Shown piece after piece: positions 11,028 to 21,710 of a DNA stretch of 32,267 nt; position 1 is the first letter of the stretch, and each line of letters opens with the position of its first letter. Source of the stretch: Thraustochytrium aureum. Lineage: Eukaryota. The stretch is taken from positions 113,001 through 145,267 of the forward strand of contig BLSG01000137.1 in the NCBI GenBank assembly GCA_012862495.1, read 5' to 3'. The notes beneath the pieces are model-generated. The model saw nothing but the letters and a program-made list of their open reading frames with translations. It ran no database searches and had not been told where the DNA came from. The position numbers and the translations under genes are program-made.

Positions 11028-11191
11028 CTCTCACGCGCCGCGCATAATCGGTCTCAATTAAACGCCTTCTGTGTGGAGGCAAAATACTAAATCGAGTTCA
11101 ATCGACATCTAAACTCTCACCCGCCGCGCATAATCGGCCTCGATTAAACTCCGTCTGTGTGGAGGCGGGAGGTTAAATCGAGTTCAATCGA
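11028..11191. repeat. Imperfect 86-bp-period tandem repeat (2 copies), rich in short inverted repeats
   Basis: ctctcac-cgccgcgcataatcgg-ctc-attaaac-cc-tctgtgtggaggc...taaatcgagttcaatcga occurs at 11028-11105 and 11114-11191, with several substitutions between the copies. Confidence 0.92.
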
Positions 11192-12085
11192 TTGAGATAC
11201 CCTCAGCAGGGCCCCCTCAGAGGCTCGCGTGCGCCTCACGGGAGTTCGGCGCTCCGCCTTTTGGGCGTCGATGAGAGGGAGGTGCGCAGGGAGGGAGACC
11301 CGGTGTGGGAGGGCGGCAGAGCCTGACGCGCTTGAGAGGCGCTGGGAGGAGGACTTCTCTGGGTTCTCTTTGTTCTTCTCGCTTTTTTGTGCGCTGCGAG
11401 AGGGGCTGCGCGCGGGACTCTTGAACGTAAACTGCGCCTTCGTATGTGAGGCGTTCGGAGAGTTTGTGCGCGGTTGTGAGGCGCCAGGTGGGCTGCGGGT
11501 TCCCGCGGGCGCGCGGCCCTCTCACAACAGTGCGGCCTCCCTGCCACAGGCGCGTCGCCGTCGGACTTTACCAGCAGCTGGCGAGATTGTGAGTAGGTAG
11601 GCACTTTGCTTCTTCCCTCTCACACGAGCGAGCGCCCTCCTCCTACCTCCTCCCGGCCGGCCGCGCGCGGCGTCGTGTGAGAGCTGCAGTCGGTGGAAAC
11701 GTGGTGCAAGTGCCGCGGGAACAGGCTGCTCGGGGGCACGTCACGTTGTGCGCGATGCGGCGTGTCGAGACTCGAGAGAGTGAATGGGTGGTGACTCGGA
11801 GCTCGTGCTGCCCAGAGCCACCAAACACGATCACGCACACGCACACGCTCGCGCGACTGCGTGCGTGCGGCAGCGCACGGGGCGCCGTCATCGACGCCGA
11901 GTACGCGACTGGTTCTCACCTCCTCCATCGTTCTGCTCCATCTGCATTGATTGTGTTGATTGGACGACATACATCGTCTGCCGCGCTGGCGCTGCGTCAC
12001 GCCGGGCCTTCGAGCGACGGACGGGCACGCAAGACGCAACGTCACACAAGTGAACAACGTAACACAAGGTAACAACGCGCTTATT

Positions 12086-12965
12086 CTACGTAGACGTCTC
12101 GGCGGTCGGTTGAAGTGTCATCTCGTACAGCTCAAGCTTTTCATTCTGCGGCCCGTCCATCCGGAAGAGCAAGCGAGACTGCAGCCCGAGCTCGGCGCTG
12201 TACGCCAGAAAATCGTCCACACCGTCCGCATTGCGGCGCTCAAGCGCGTTTAGTGTAAGCGTGGCGCCGGGGCGCGAGAGGCCGCGCACGCACCTGGCCA
12301 AGTCCTTCCACGAGTCGCCGTACAGCTCTTGGTACACGCAGTCAGAAATGAGGATAAGATCAAACGGCCCCGAGTTGGCCGCTGCGTCCTCCGGCTCGGC
12401 CCAGTCAAACGTAGTCACGGAGGGCCGCGCGGAGCCCTCAAGAAGCGGCCCTGAGAAAACGGCGTCAATGTTGCGACGCAGCAGGACCGGCAAGCGGGTC
12501 CTGCTCCGACACTGCCACGGCAGCTGCGCCGAGCAGCTGCGCCGCCATCCCCGGGACGCCGAGGCCTGCGCCGAGCTCAATCACGCGCTTGCCTCGCACA
12601 ATGTCCAAGTTGCTCTTGAGGTGCTCGCACAGCATCAAGCTCGCCGGCCAGACCACGGTCCCGGCCCAGCACGCGCCGGAAAACATGGGCTGGATCTCCT
12701 CGGGCGGGAAGGTCAGCTCCAGGTCCAGCTCCCAGCGGCCCCACAGGTCGACCTTGCAGCGCTTAATGCCGAGCTCGACGACGCGCGCGGCGGCGCGCAC
12801 TCGCCGCTGCGCATCCGCCTCGCTCTCGCCGTCTTCGCGCGTCAGCAGAGTGTATTGCGTGCCTTCGAAGCCGGAGCTGGCCAGCTCGGCCGGCGCGGGG
12901 CCCATGGCCGAGTTTCCCGCCAGCAAAAGCCCTTCGCCGCCGACGACCACGCCGTCCGCCATCAT
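12086..12965 (-). CDS. METTL21/EEF1AKMT-family (Methyltransf_16) protein lysine methyltransferase; one frameshift near 12490
   Basis: GTVVWPAS, motif I VRGKRVIELGAGLGVPG, then in the next frame LLRRNI, FDW and FDLILISDCVY (the family's DxxY motif), and ERR. Confidence 0.88.
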
Positions 12966-12967
12966 CC

Positions 12968-13031
12968 TGGCTGCTTGCCCGGCTGCTTGCCCGGCTGCTT
13001 GCCTGGCTGGCTGCCTGGCCGGCTGGCTGCC
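12968..13031. repeat. 12-bp / (GCCA-GCAG)-type short tandem repeat immediately upstream of the methyltransferase start
   Basis: Three copies of ggctgcttgccy followed by degenerate ggctggctgcc units. A (gcct)n tract also lies at ~13249-13274. Confidence 0.85.
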
Positions 13032-13970
13032 TACCGGGCAGGTCGCTCGATGCGCTCTGCGGCGCGCGCTACTCGCACATGACTGGCGCTGCGCCAGGGC
13101 AATTAACCAATCTGCGTGCACCTCTATGGAAGCTTGAGCCAATCTATGTGGGCCGACGTGTACCACGATGAAAGTTGCCCGCCGCCCTGCGCTTGCTCCA
13201 GGGCGTGCGCTCTCACCAGCTGACGATCTGCGCAAGCACGAACGTGCCCGCCTGCCTGCCTGCCTGCCTGCCTGCTGTCGGCCCGCGACTGGTTGATGCC
13301 GCCGGGTCATGGCGAGCGAGCTCGGCGGGCGCGCCATGCTGCATAGGCCTATCTATCTGTTCTTGGCGACCAACGCGAGGGCCCGAGCCTCCGGCTACGC
13401 TGTGGCGGGAGGAAGGGCCCGTGCTGCCCTGCCCCTGTCCCCGGTGAGCCCGCCCGTCCATTGGAGAGCCGGCCCGAGGGAGAGCGTGCTGGAGGACGAA
13501 GACGAAGAAGAAAAAATGGACTCGCAACTCGGCACCCTCGCTCGCCAGATCGTCCGTTCGGCCCGGCGAGCGCAGGCGGGCCAGAGCCACTAGAGCGACG
13601 CACGGAGGGGTTGCGTCAGGTGCGGGGCAGCGAGGGCCTGCCCTCGCTGATGGTTGCGGCAGAGTGCTCGTTGCGTGCCGCTTCTTGCTTGCCATCAGAG
13701 TCCAGTTTCAACCGAATCCAGCCTGCATGTCCGCTGGCCGCGTGCTCCTCTGTCTCCTCCAATACCTCGGGACCCGCTCTCGAGCAAGCGCCACGGGCCG
13801 CCAGAGGAGCCACACGCGAGCCATGATGCGCCGTCGGCATCATCCAACCAGGAGAAGAATGTGATCTCGCCAGTCGACACAGCGGATTGCACGAGAGTCC
13901 CAGCCAGTTTGGAGCGTCGCTTGCTCTGCGCGCGAGTCCCAAGCCAACCCAAACCCAGTGCCTATGACGA

Positions 13971-14747
13971 ATGGGAGTTGTGCCTGCCCGTGCGAGTTCG
14001 CCAGCGAGCGAAATAGAGCGGGTTTTGGGCATCGAGTCTCGCAGCAGTATCGAAATCGTAGAGCGTGTCGCGGTCCTTGGTGTCGGCCTGCGACTAGCTA
14101 GAGTACATTCGCAGCGCCGTGGCCACGAGCAGGCCCTAACGCCAGCGAACATGACCATTTTGAACAGCATCATGGACGCCACGAAGAAGCGCGTCTCGCG
14201 ACGAAGGTCGCGCGCGGGATCTGGCGAGCTCGCCAGGGCAACTCAGATAAAGTGGAGCTGCGGGACCTACATGGGCGAGGTGGCGGTCGTGGACGGCGAG
14301 CTCGTCGCGGAGGGCTTTGGCGTTTTCAAGTTCAACAACGGCGACCGGTACGAAGGGACTTGGAAGGACAACATGATGCACGGGTTTGGAATCTACACCT
14401 GGACAAGGCTCGGGCGGGAGTACGAGGGCTCGTGGCTTTTCCACCGCCAGTTTGGCCCAGGGGTGCTGCGCCTTGAGAACGGGTCTGAACTGGACGGGAA
14501 CTTTGTGGATGGCGAGCTGCGCAACCCGAGCTCGCCAGAGCAGCCGTCCGAGGGCGAACCCGGCACAGAAGAGCTGGGCGCGCCCGATTGGCCGCCTGAC
14601 GCCGACAGCCAGCCTGGCCGGCGCCGGCGCTCGAGCTCGTTGAGCCAACGCTTGCGCCACCGGCGCGACAGCAGACAAATATCTCTCGCGCTGCGACGGA
14701 AAAAGGGTGCGCCAGCACTCTTCGGCCCCATTGATGGCCTCGTCTAA
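13971..14747 (+). CDS. MORN-repeat protein; true start uncertain and possibly further upstream
   Basis: Consecutive MORN units: TYMGEV...EGFGVFKFNNG, RYEGTWKDNMMHGFGIYTW, EYEGSWLFHRQFGPGVLRLENG and LDGNFVDG. Confidence 0.85.
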   Translation: MGVVPARASSPASEIERVLGIESRSSIEIVERVAVLGVGLRLARVHSQRRGHEQALTPANMTILNSIMDATKKRVSRRRSRAGSGELARATQIKWSCGTYMGEVAVVDGELVAEGFGVFKFNNGDRYEGTWKDNMMHGFGIYTWTRLGREYEGSWLFHRQFGPGVLRLENGSELDGNFVDGELRNPSSPEQPSEGEPGTEELGAPDWPPDADSQPGRRRRSSSLSQRLRHRRDSRQISLALRRKKGAPALFGPIDGLV

Positions 14748-15098
14748 CTTGCGATCGATCGTAATCTATCTAAACTCGGCCAGATTGAAGTGCTTTTTTT
14801 GCTTGGCCCTTCTTGCTCTGCTCTTCTTGCTCTGCTAGTCGTTTGCTATAGAGCGTAGCGCTCTACGGGAACCGTCGCAGTATCTGCGGCCACAACGATG
14901 ACACCCGCACTCTTCGGCCCCATTGATGGCCTCGTCTAACTTGCGATCGATCGTAATCTATCTAAACTCGGCCAGATTGAAGTGCTTTTTTTGCTTGGCC
15001 CTTCTTGCTCTGCTCTTCTTGCTCTGCTAGTCGTTTGCTATAGAGCGTAGCGCTCTACGGGAACCGTCGCAGTATCTGCGGCCACAACGATGACACCC
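14715..15098. repeat. Apparently exact 192-bp tandem duplication including the last 33 nt of the MORN CDS
   Basis: 14715-14906 and 14907-15098 read identically (gcactcttcggcccc...gatgacaccc). Confidence 0.95.
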
Positions 15099-15196
15099 GA
15101 TCGCCATTTCAATCAATCTTGAAAAAGAAAGAAATCAAAACAGATCTAGTAATTTTCACGCAGTGCTTGCAGGGCAACGCCAAGCGCACAGCCCGG

Positions 15197-18100
15197 TCAC
15201 TTGCTGGCCGAGTCCACGTGGGCGTCGACCTCGAAGACCTTCGCGAGAGCGACCTTGAAGATCGGGTGGTCCGTGCCAGGCTTGGCCGACTCGGCCGCGG
15301 CCTCCAAGACGTCGGTCATCCAGTCCTGCACCTTGCCGATCATCTGCTTTGGGGTCAGGGGCGCGCGGCGGTCCACGACCTTGCCAGCGCCCTGCCCTGC
15401 CCCTGCGAAACTGGTCGTGCTCGCCTTTCGCGAGCCCCGCAGAATGGCGCGCTTGATGCGCTTGACAGGGCCCTTGGACTTTTTCTCCGCGGCCGGGCGC
15501 GGGTGGGGGAACGGCGGAAGCGCCGACTTCTTGAACACGCGCGACTTCTCCTTGACGAGCTTGTCGTCCAGCTCGCGGAGCTCTTGCACGCTGAGCTCGA
15601 CGATCCAACGCGCGTACGCGCTCTTGGTGACCTTGGTTTTGGAGGCCCGCTTGCCAAACAGCTTGTCGACCTCCCAGGCGCACTCAAAGATAAAGTACTT
15701 GGTCTCGGAAAAGTCGTCCGGCGACATGCGCGTGTGCGTGTTGTCGAGCGTGCGCAGGAAAAACCTGCCCTTGCGGTACTCGAGCGGCGTGGCGCACCAG
15801 TACGAGGGCTCCTCCGCCGTTGGGCGCCGAAACGCGCCCCCGTCGGCAACTGGCAGCGTCTCGCCACACTCGACGCAGAGCGGCCCGTCCGCCGTGTTGT
15901 TGCTGTGCTGGCACTCTGCGTTGGTGCACAGCACGGACACGCCTTGAAAGTGGTCGCTCTTGTCGCTGTACGTCCGACTGCTGCGCCGGTCCAGCGCGTT
16001 GGCGATGTCCAGCACCATGACGTGCATCTCGTCCGGGGANNNNNNNNNNNNNNNNNNNNNNNNNNNNNNNNNNNNNNNNNNNNNNNNNNNNNNNNNNNNN
16101 NNNNNNNNNNNNNNNNNNNNNNNNNNNNNNNNNNNNNNNNNNNNNNNNNNNNNNNNNNNNNNNNNNNNNNNNNNNNNNNNNNNNNNNNNNNNNNNNNNNN
16201 NNNNNNNNNNNNNNNNNNNNNNNNNNNNNNNNNNNNNNNNNNNNNNNNNNNCAGGTTTTCGAGCTGCGCCTTGGCCGACTCTGTCGGGGTTGCGATTTCC
16301 GCCGAGTTGACCAGGAACGACTTGCCATTCATCGTCTGCTGGCGCTTGAGCAGGTTGCTCGCCGCCTGCTCGCCTGCTTCTGCCTGGGCCTGCTTTCGCT
16401 CGTCGATCTTGGTCTCGACGCGCTGTAGGGTGCGCTGCATCACGGGCGAGTTTTTCATCTCCTCGACGTGCCAATTTTGCTCTTCTAGCTTGGACTTCCA
16501 CGAGGCCAGCATGCCGTGCAGCGTGGGCGCGTTCTTCTCTAGCGCGGGGGCAGACAACGCGTACGTCTGGGCCACTACCTTTTCGACGGCCCAGCGGCCC
16601 CAGCTCAGGACCGATTCGCCGCTGGCTTTGATCAAGTTGACCACGTCGGAGCGGATCGCCTCGTTCTGCTTGCGGAAGGCCTCGTACCGCGCGAACTGGC
16701 GCGTGTAGCGCTCCTCAAACTTGGCCTGGATCTCCTCGCGCCGCGACGCGCTGACCTCCTGGCCCTCCTCCTCCTCGATGCGGGCAACCTCCTTTTCAGT
16801 CGCCTCGACGGCTTGCTCCTGGATCTCCGCAATGAGGCGCTCGCGCCGGGCCTCCTCCGTCTCCGGGCCGTCATCGCTGCTGTCGTCGTTGCCGGCGTGG
16901 CTCGTTTTCGACTCCTCGTCGGACCCTTCATCAGAGTCCTCGTCCACGTCGGTGTCGGCCTTGACACTGGCGGCCTCCTTCTTGCGCACCGAGAGGGACC
17001 GCTCGAGCGCGGAAAACTCCTCCTCTTCGATGGCGGCGATGGTTTTCTCGCGCTGCAGGGTGAGGCGCTGGCGCTCGGCCTGCTCCCTCTTCTCCCGCTC
17101 GACCTCGGCGCGGCGCGAGGCGAGTCTGTGGGCCACCTTGCGGTACGCGACAAAGCGGCGGGCGGCGCTCTGCACCTTGGTGGCGGCCCGGCGGCGCTCG
17201 ACAAGGAGGCGCTCGAACACGTTGAGGGCGATGACCTTGGCCACTGCGCGGCGCCAGCGCAGGCGCGCATAGTACTTGGAGAACCGCTCGCCGATGCGCG
17301 CGCGCTCCTTTTTGTGCTTGGGGTCCGAGCTGGCCGCCCACACGGCGGCCCGCTGCAGCACCTTGTCGAGCTCGGAGATCTGGCCCGCCTTGAAGAAGAC
17401 CTTGGTGTGGCCCAGCTTGAACGTGTCGGGGTCGATCTCGAAGGCCCAGAACAGCGCGCTCACGAACAGCTTGCCGTTGACCGACTTGCCGTTCCGGAAA
17501 CGCTTGGTGGCCTTCTCGGGCAGAACAGACATGTACGTGTCCACGAGCGAGTCGTACTTGATGCGCGTGGGGAGCCCGCTCTTGAGCACCATGGCGGTCT
17601 GCGGGATGCTCAGGTGCTTGAGCTGGTGCTCGACGTACCTGCGCGAAAACCAGTCCTTGGACTTGCCGCGCGTCATCGTATTGTTCGGCTTGACGCACCG
17701 AATGAACGAGCAGGCCGTCGACTCGAGGGTCTCGAGCAGGTCGATGATCTGTGCGCGAAACTGCTTGACGATCGAGCGCCCCCCGCGGTTCTTGTTCCCC
17801 CGCGCCTGCGACTGCGCCTTGGCGAGCCGCGAAAACACCGGGGCCAGGAGAGGCGACGAGCTCCCCGCGAAGAGCGTGTTGACTTCCTTGGGCAGCGCAT
17901 CGTTGTTCTTCTCNNNNNNNNNNNNNNNNNNNNNNNNNNNNNNNNNNNNNNNNNNNNNNNNNNNNNNNNNNNNNNNNNNNNNNNNNNNNNNNNNNNNNNN
18001 NNNNNNNNNNNNNNNNNNNNNNNNNNNNNNNNNNNNNNNNNNNNNNNNNNNNNNNNNNNNNNNNNNNNNNNNNNNNNNNNNNNNNNNNNNNNNNNNNNNN

Positions 18101-20378
18101 NNNNNNNNNNNNNNNNNNNNNNNNNNNNNNNNNNNNNNNNNNNNNNNNNNNNNNNNNNNNNNNNNNNNNNNNNNNNNNNNNNNNNNNNNNNNNNNNNNNN
18201 NNNNNNNNNNNNNNNNNNNNNNNNNNNNNNNNNNNNNNNNNNNNNNNNNNNNNNNNNNNNNNNNNNNNNNNNNNNNNNNNNNNNNNNNNNNNNNNNNNNN
18301 NNNNNNNNNNNNNNNNNNNNNNNNNNNNNNNNNNNNNNNNNNNNNNNNNNNNNNNNNNNNNNNNNNNNNNNNNNNNNNNNNNNNNNNNNNNNNNNNNNNN
18401 NNNNNNNNNNNNNNNNNNNNNNNNNNNNNNNNNNNNNNNNNNNNNNNNNNNNNNNNNNNNNNNNNNNNNNNATAAAGTGCTCGTGGATGTTTTTCGGGTG
18501 CGGGCGCGGGAAGTTGGGGTGGTGCCCGAACTTTTGGTGGAACGCCTTGAGCATCTTGCTGTCCGAAGGCTGCAGCTCGTGGCACTGCAGGTCCAGGTCG
18601 ACCAGGACGGCGTCGCGGTCCTCGCGCGTCTGGTCGAGCGAGCCTGGGTTTTTCAGCTTGCCGGCCAGCAGTGCCATGGCCGCCTCGTTGCCCGGCGGCA
18701 CTTTCATCTGGCTCTCGTCAATCACGAGGCCCTCCTTCTTGTACAGGGAAAGCTCCGCCTCGAACACCTTGCGGTTGAACGTGCTCTGCAGCGACTCGTT
18801 CGTAAAGTTGATCAGCAGCTGCTCAAACCCGTTGCGCTGAAAGCTCTCAAACCCAAAAATGTCCAGCACGCCGATGAAGGGCAGCTCGCCCACGTTCTCG
18901 CCCTGGCCCGTCTCGTCCAGGCCCTGGTTGATGCGTTGCACCACGCCGTCGAAAAGGTGGCTGTACAGGCCCTTGGCCACCGCGTCGCGCGCGAACGAGG
19001 CCGCCGAGGCGTTTCGGTGCACCACGATGGTGCCTTCGCGCGTCTCAAGCGTGCGCTCCAGCAACAGCTCCTCCATGCCCGTGGGCTCCACGCCGAGGAG
19101 CTTGGCAGCGCACTCGAGCGGGTCGTAGCCCGCTTCAGACTCGACCGGGCGCGCGATGTCGCCCTCGGCGGCCTCCTCGTCAGCGAACCCGACGTTGCCC
19201 AGGTGCATGATGCCGGCCACGACGCGGAGGATGTCGTCCACCTCGGCATCGCCAGGCCCATCTCCTTCATGGCGGTCTCGAGCATGGCAAAGTGCTTGGC
19301 GTCGGACTTTAGCAGCTCACGCTTGGTCGCGTCTGCTGCGACGTCCACCTGCGTGGGCGACTTGAGGTGGGCGAGGTAGCGCCACCCCGTGCGCTGCACC
19401 TTGTCTAGGAAGAGCGCCTTGCGGCGCGCCCCCGAGGCGCCGGCCAGCAGCTGGTAAAAGACATGGTAGTTGCGCTCGCCCTCCTCGTGCAGCGAGACGC
19501 GCGAGCGTTCCAGCAGGTAGGTCTGCACGCTGGCGGCTCCGATTCGGAACGCCGCCGCGGAGCCCCGTTCCGTTTCGAGCTGCGCAAAGTGGAGCGACAT
19601 CAACTTGCCGAAGCGGCTCGAGTTGTCGTTGCGCAGCGTCTTTGCGTTGCCAAAGCTCTCGGTGATCTCGTTGCTCTGCAGCAGCCGACGGTCGATCTCG
19701 CTCAGCGCGTTCGAGTGGCCCGCGTCTCTGGCGCACCGCTCGACAAGGTGCCGCAGCACGCGCTTGCTCGCTTCGGTCTTGCCCGCCCCGGACTCCCCCG
19801 AGGCCACGATGGACTGGTTGACGATGACGTCTTCTTCCCGCTTCTTTCGGTTGTCCGCCGCAAAGCTCATCTGCTGGAACGAGTACTCTGCGATGGCGAA
19901 CGGGTGCGGGGTCAGCGCGGCTTGCCGTGTCCCAGCGCCCCTGCGGGGGGTGGCACGTCCTTGAGCGGGTTGACGCTTACGAGCACGTTGCCCATGAACG
20001 TGTACGGCTCGTCTTTGTACGCCCTGAGCTCCAGGTTGTGCAGGATGCAGGCGTCGTTGATGTGGTGCAAGCCGGTCATGTCGGGGGACGAGGCGCCTTT
20101 TGGGGTTGCGGGGGCACCACACTGCGCTTGCGCAGGTCGACTTGCTCGGGTCGCTTGCCCTCACGCGGATCGTCACGAGGACGCCCGGCCTGGCTCAGCA
20201 CGGTGCACTCCTCAAACGTGTTGTCGTCCTTGGTGGACACCCATGCTTCCTGGCCCTCGCTGAACGAGTACACATACTGCTCGCGCTGCTCCCCGGGGGC
20301 CAGGACCTCCTGCTTGCGTCCCGCTCCGGCGCCGCCGCGGCTCGTCCGCTTGCTCAGCCGCTTGCTCAGCCGCTTCAT
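15197..20378 (-). CDS. Unconventional myosin heavy chain: SH3-like N-terminus, motor, IQ, coiled coil, Zn-ribbon-like and PX-like tail. Two gaps and several indel frameshifts.
   Basis: ILHNLELR, PYTFMGNVLVSVNP, PHPFAIAE, P-loop GESGAGKT, switch I NDNSSRFGK, YLLERSR, ERNYHVFYQL, switch II DIFGFE, FEQLLINFTNE, FIRCVKPN, converter GHTKVFFK, IQ-like AATKVQSAARRF and an E/R/K-rich helix. Frame switches at ~20110, ~20100, ~19930-19950 and ~19252. Confidence 0.93.
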
Positions 20379-21710
20379 CCCCTGGGTGCCGCGTTCCCCT
20401 CCCTCCCCACCGCCTCGCGGGCCTCCGCCGCCGCTGCCCTAGCGGCGCAGCGTCCGCCGCCTTCGCTCGGGGCGCTCGTTGCCGGCCCGCTCCCAAGGCG
20501 CGTCCGCCCTCTTCAGCCCAGCCCACCTCGGGCGCCGCACACCGCGCGCACTGTGACCAGGCCGAGTGGATCGAGGGCCGGATGGCACGNNNNNNNNNNN
20601 NNNNNNNNNNNNNNNNNNNNNNNNNNNNNNNNNNNNNNNNNNNNNNNNNNNNNNNNNNNNNNNNNNNNNNNNNNNNNNNNNNNNNNNNNNNNNNNNNNNN
20701 NNNNNNNNNNNNNNNNNNNNNNNNNNNNNNNNNNNNNNNNNNNNNNNNNNNNNNNNNNNNNNNNNNNNNNNNNNNNNNNNNNNNNNNNNNNNNNNNNNNN
20801 NNNNNNNNNNNNNNNNNNNNNNNNNNNNNNNNNNNNNNNNNNNNNNNNNNNNNNNNNNNNNNNNNNNNNNNNNNNNNNNNNNNNNNNNNNNNNNNNNNNN
20901 NNNNNNNNNNNNNNNNNNNNNNNNNNNNNNNNNNNNNNNNNNNNNNNNNNNNNNNNNNNNNNNNGCCCTGAGGAGGCGTCACTGGCCTCCCTGCTGGAGG
21001 ATGCTGCGTAGGTATTGCGTATCGGATGCTGCGTATTGCGTATCGCGTGCTGCGAGGTCTCTTTTCCTCCTCTTTGCGATTTCCACCCTGGCTTCTTTCG
21101 CTGCGCAGGGAGGGGAACCTACGCGTACTTCAAACATAAAAATGTAATGTCCAGCGTGCAGCTGCCTTGTGCGGGTTCCCCTCTGTCGCACATTTAATTG
21201 TAAGTAAGGGGGGAAAGGAGGGGAACCCGCGGCTGTGGCTGGCCGGTCCAGTTTCCCTCTCGCTACTTCACAACACGCGCCAACCTTTTTCATGCAAGTA
21301 GATAGAGGGTACTTATTCTTACTGGAGGTCGCGATGACGAAGGACTTGGGTCCAGTGAGGGCGCCCGCTGGTGGACAGGGATGACCCGGACGATGATGCC
21401 ATTGATGCCAATGCTGGCTTTCGTCGGCGAGAACATGGCACTGGCAAGGGGAAAAGGCTCCGCGCTCGCCACGCTGCCAGCCTTGCTGCCAGCCTCGCCG
21501 GCCCTCGCCGGCCCTCACTGGCACTTGCTGGCAGTCGCGGTTGATCAAGGAGCTCGTGCCAGCAGCCGCGCCGTCCAGGTCACGCGCCTTCTCGCAACCG
21601 GGATGTGCCTCGCACAGACTCTTGAAATGCGCAGAGCCCACACACCGCCCACCAACCCAACTCGTTCAACTGCCTGCCAGTCGCTCGCTCCCAGGGCGCG
21701 CCTGGTCGAA

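Noticed and set aside
11028..11191. Palindromic repeats as a CRISPR array
   Set aside because: Only two long units, no repeat-spacer alternation, no cas genes, and a eukaryotic context.
13309..14016. Short overlapping plus-strand ORFs upstream of the MORN CDS as separate genes
   Set aside because: Low-complexity with no motifs. They may be a frameshifted N-terminal extension of the MORN gene, which cannot be resolved here.
19240..20120. Programmed frameshifting or pseudogenisation of the myosin and other split genes
   Set aside because: Shifts go in both directions, mostly at short homopolymers, and also hit essential IleRS, while catalytic motifs stay intact. Sequencing error is simpler.
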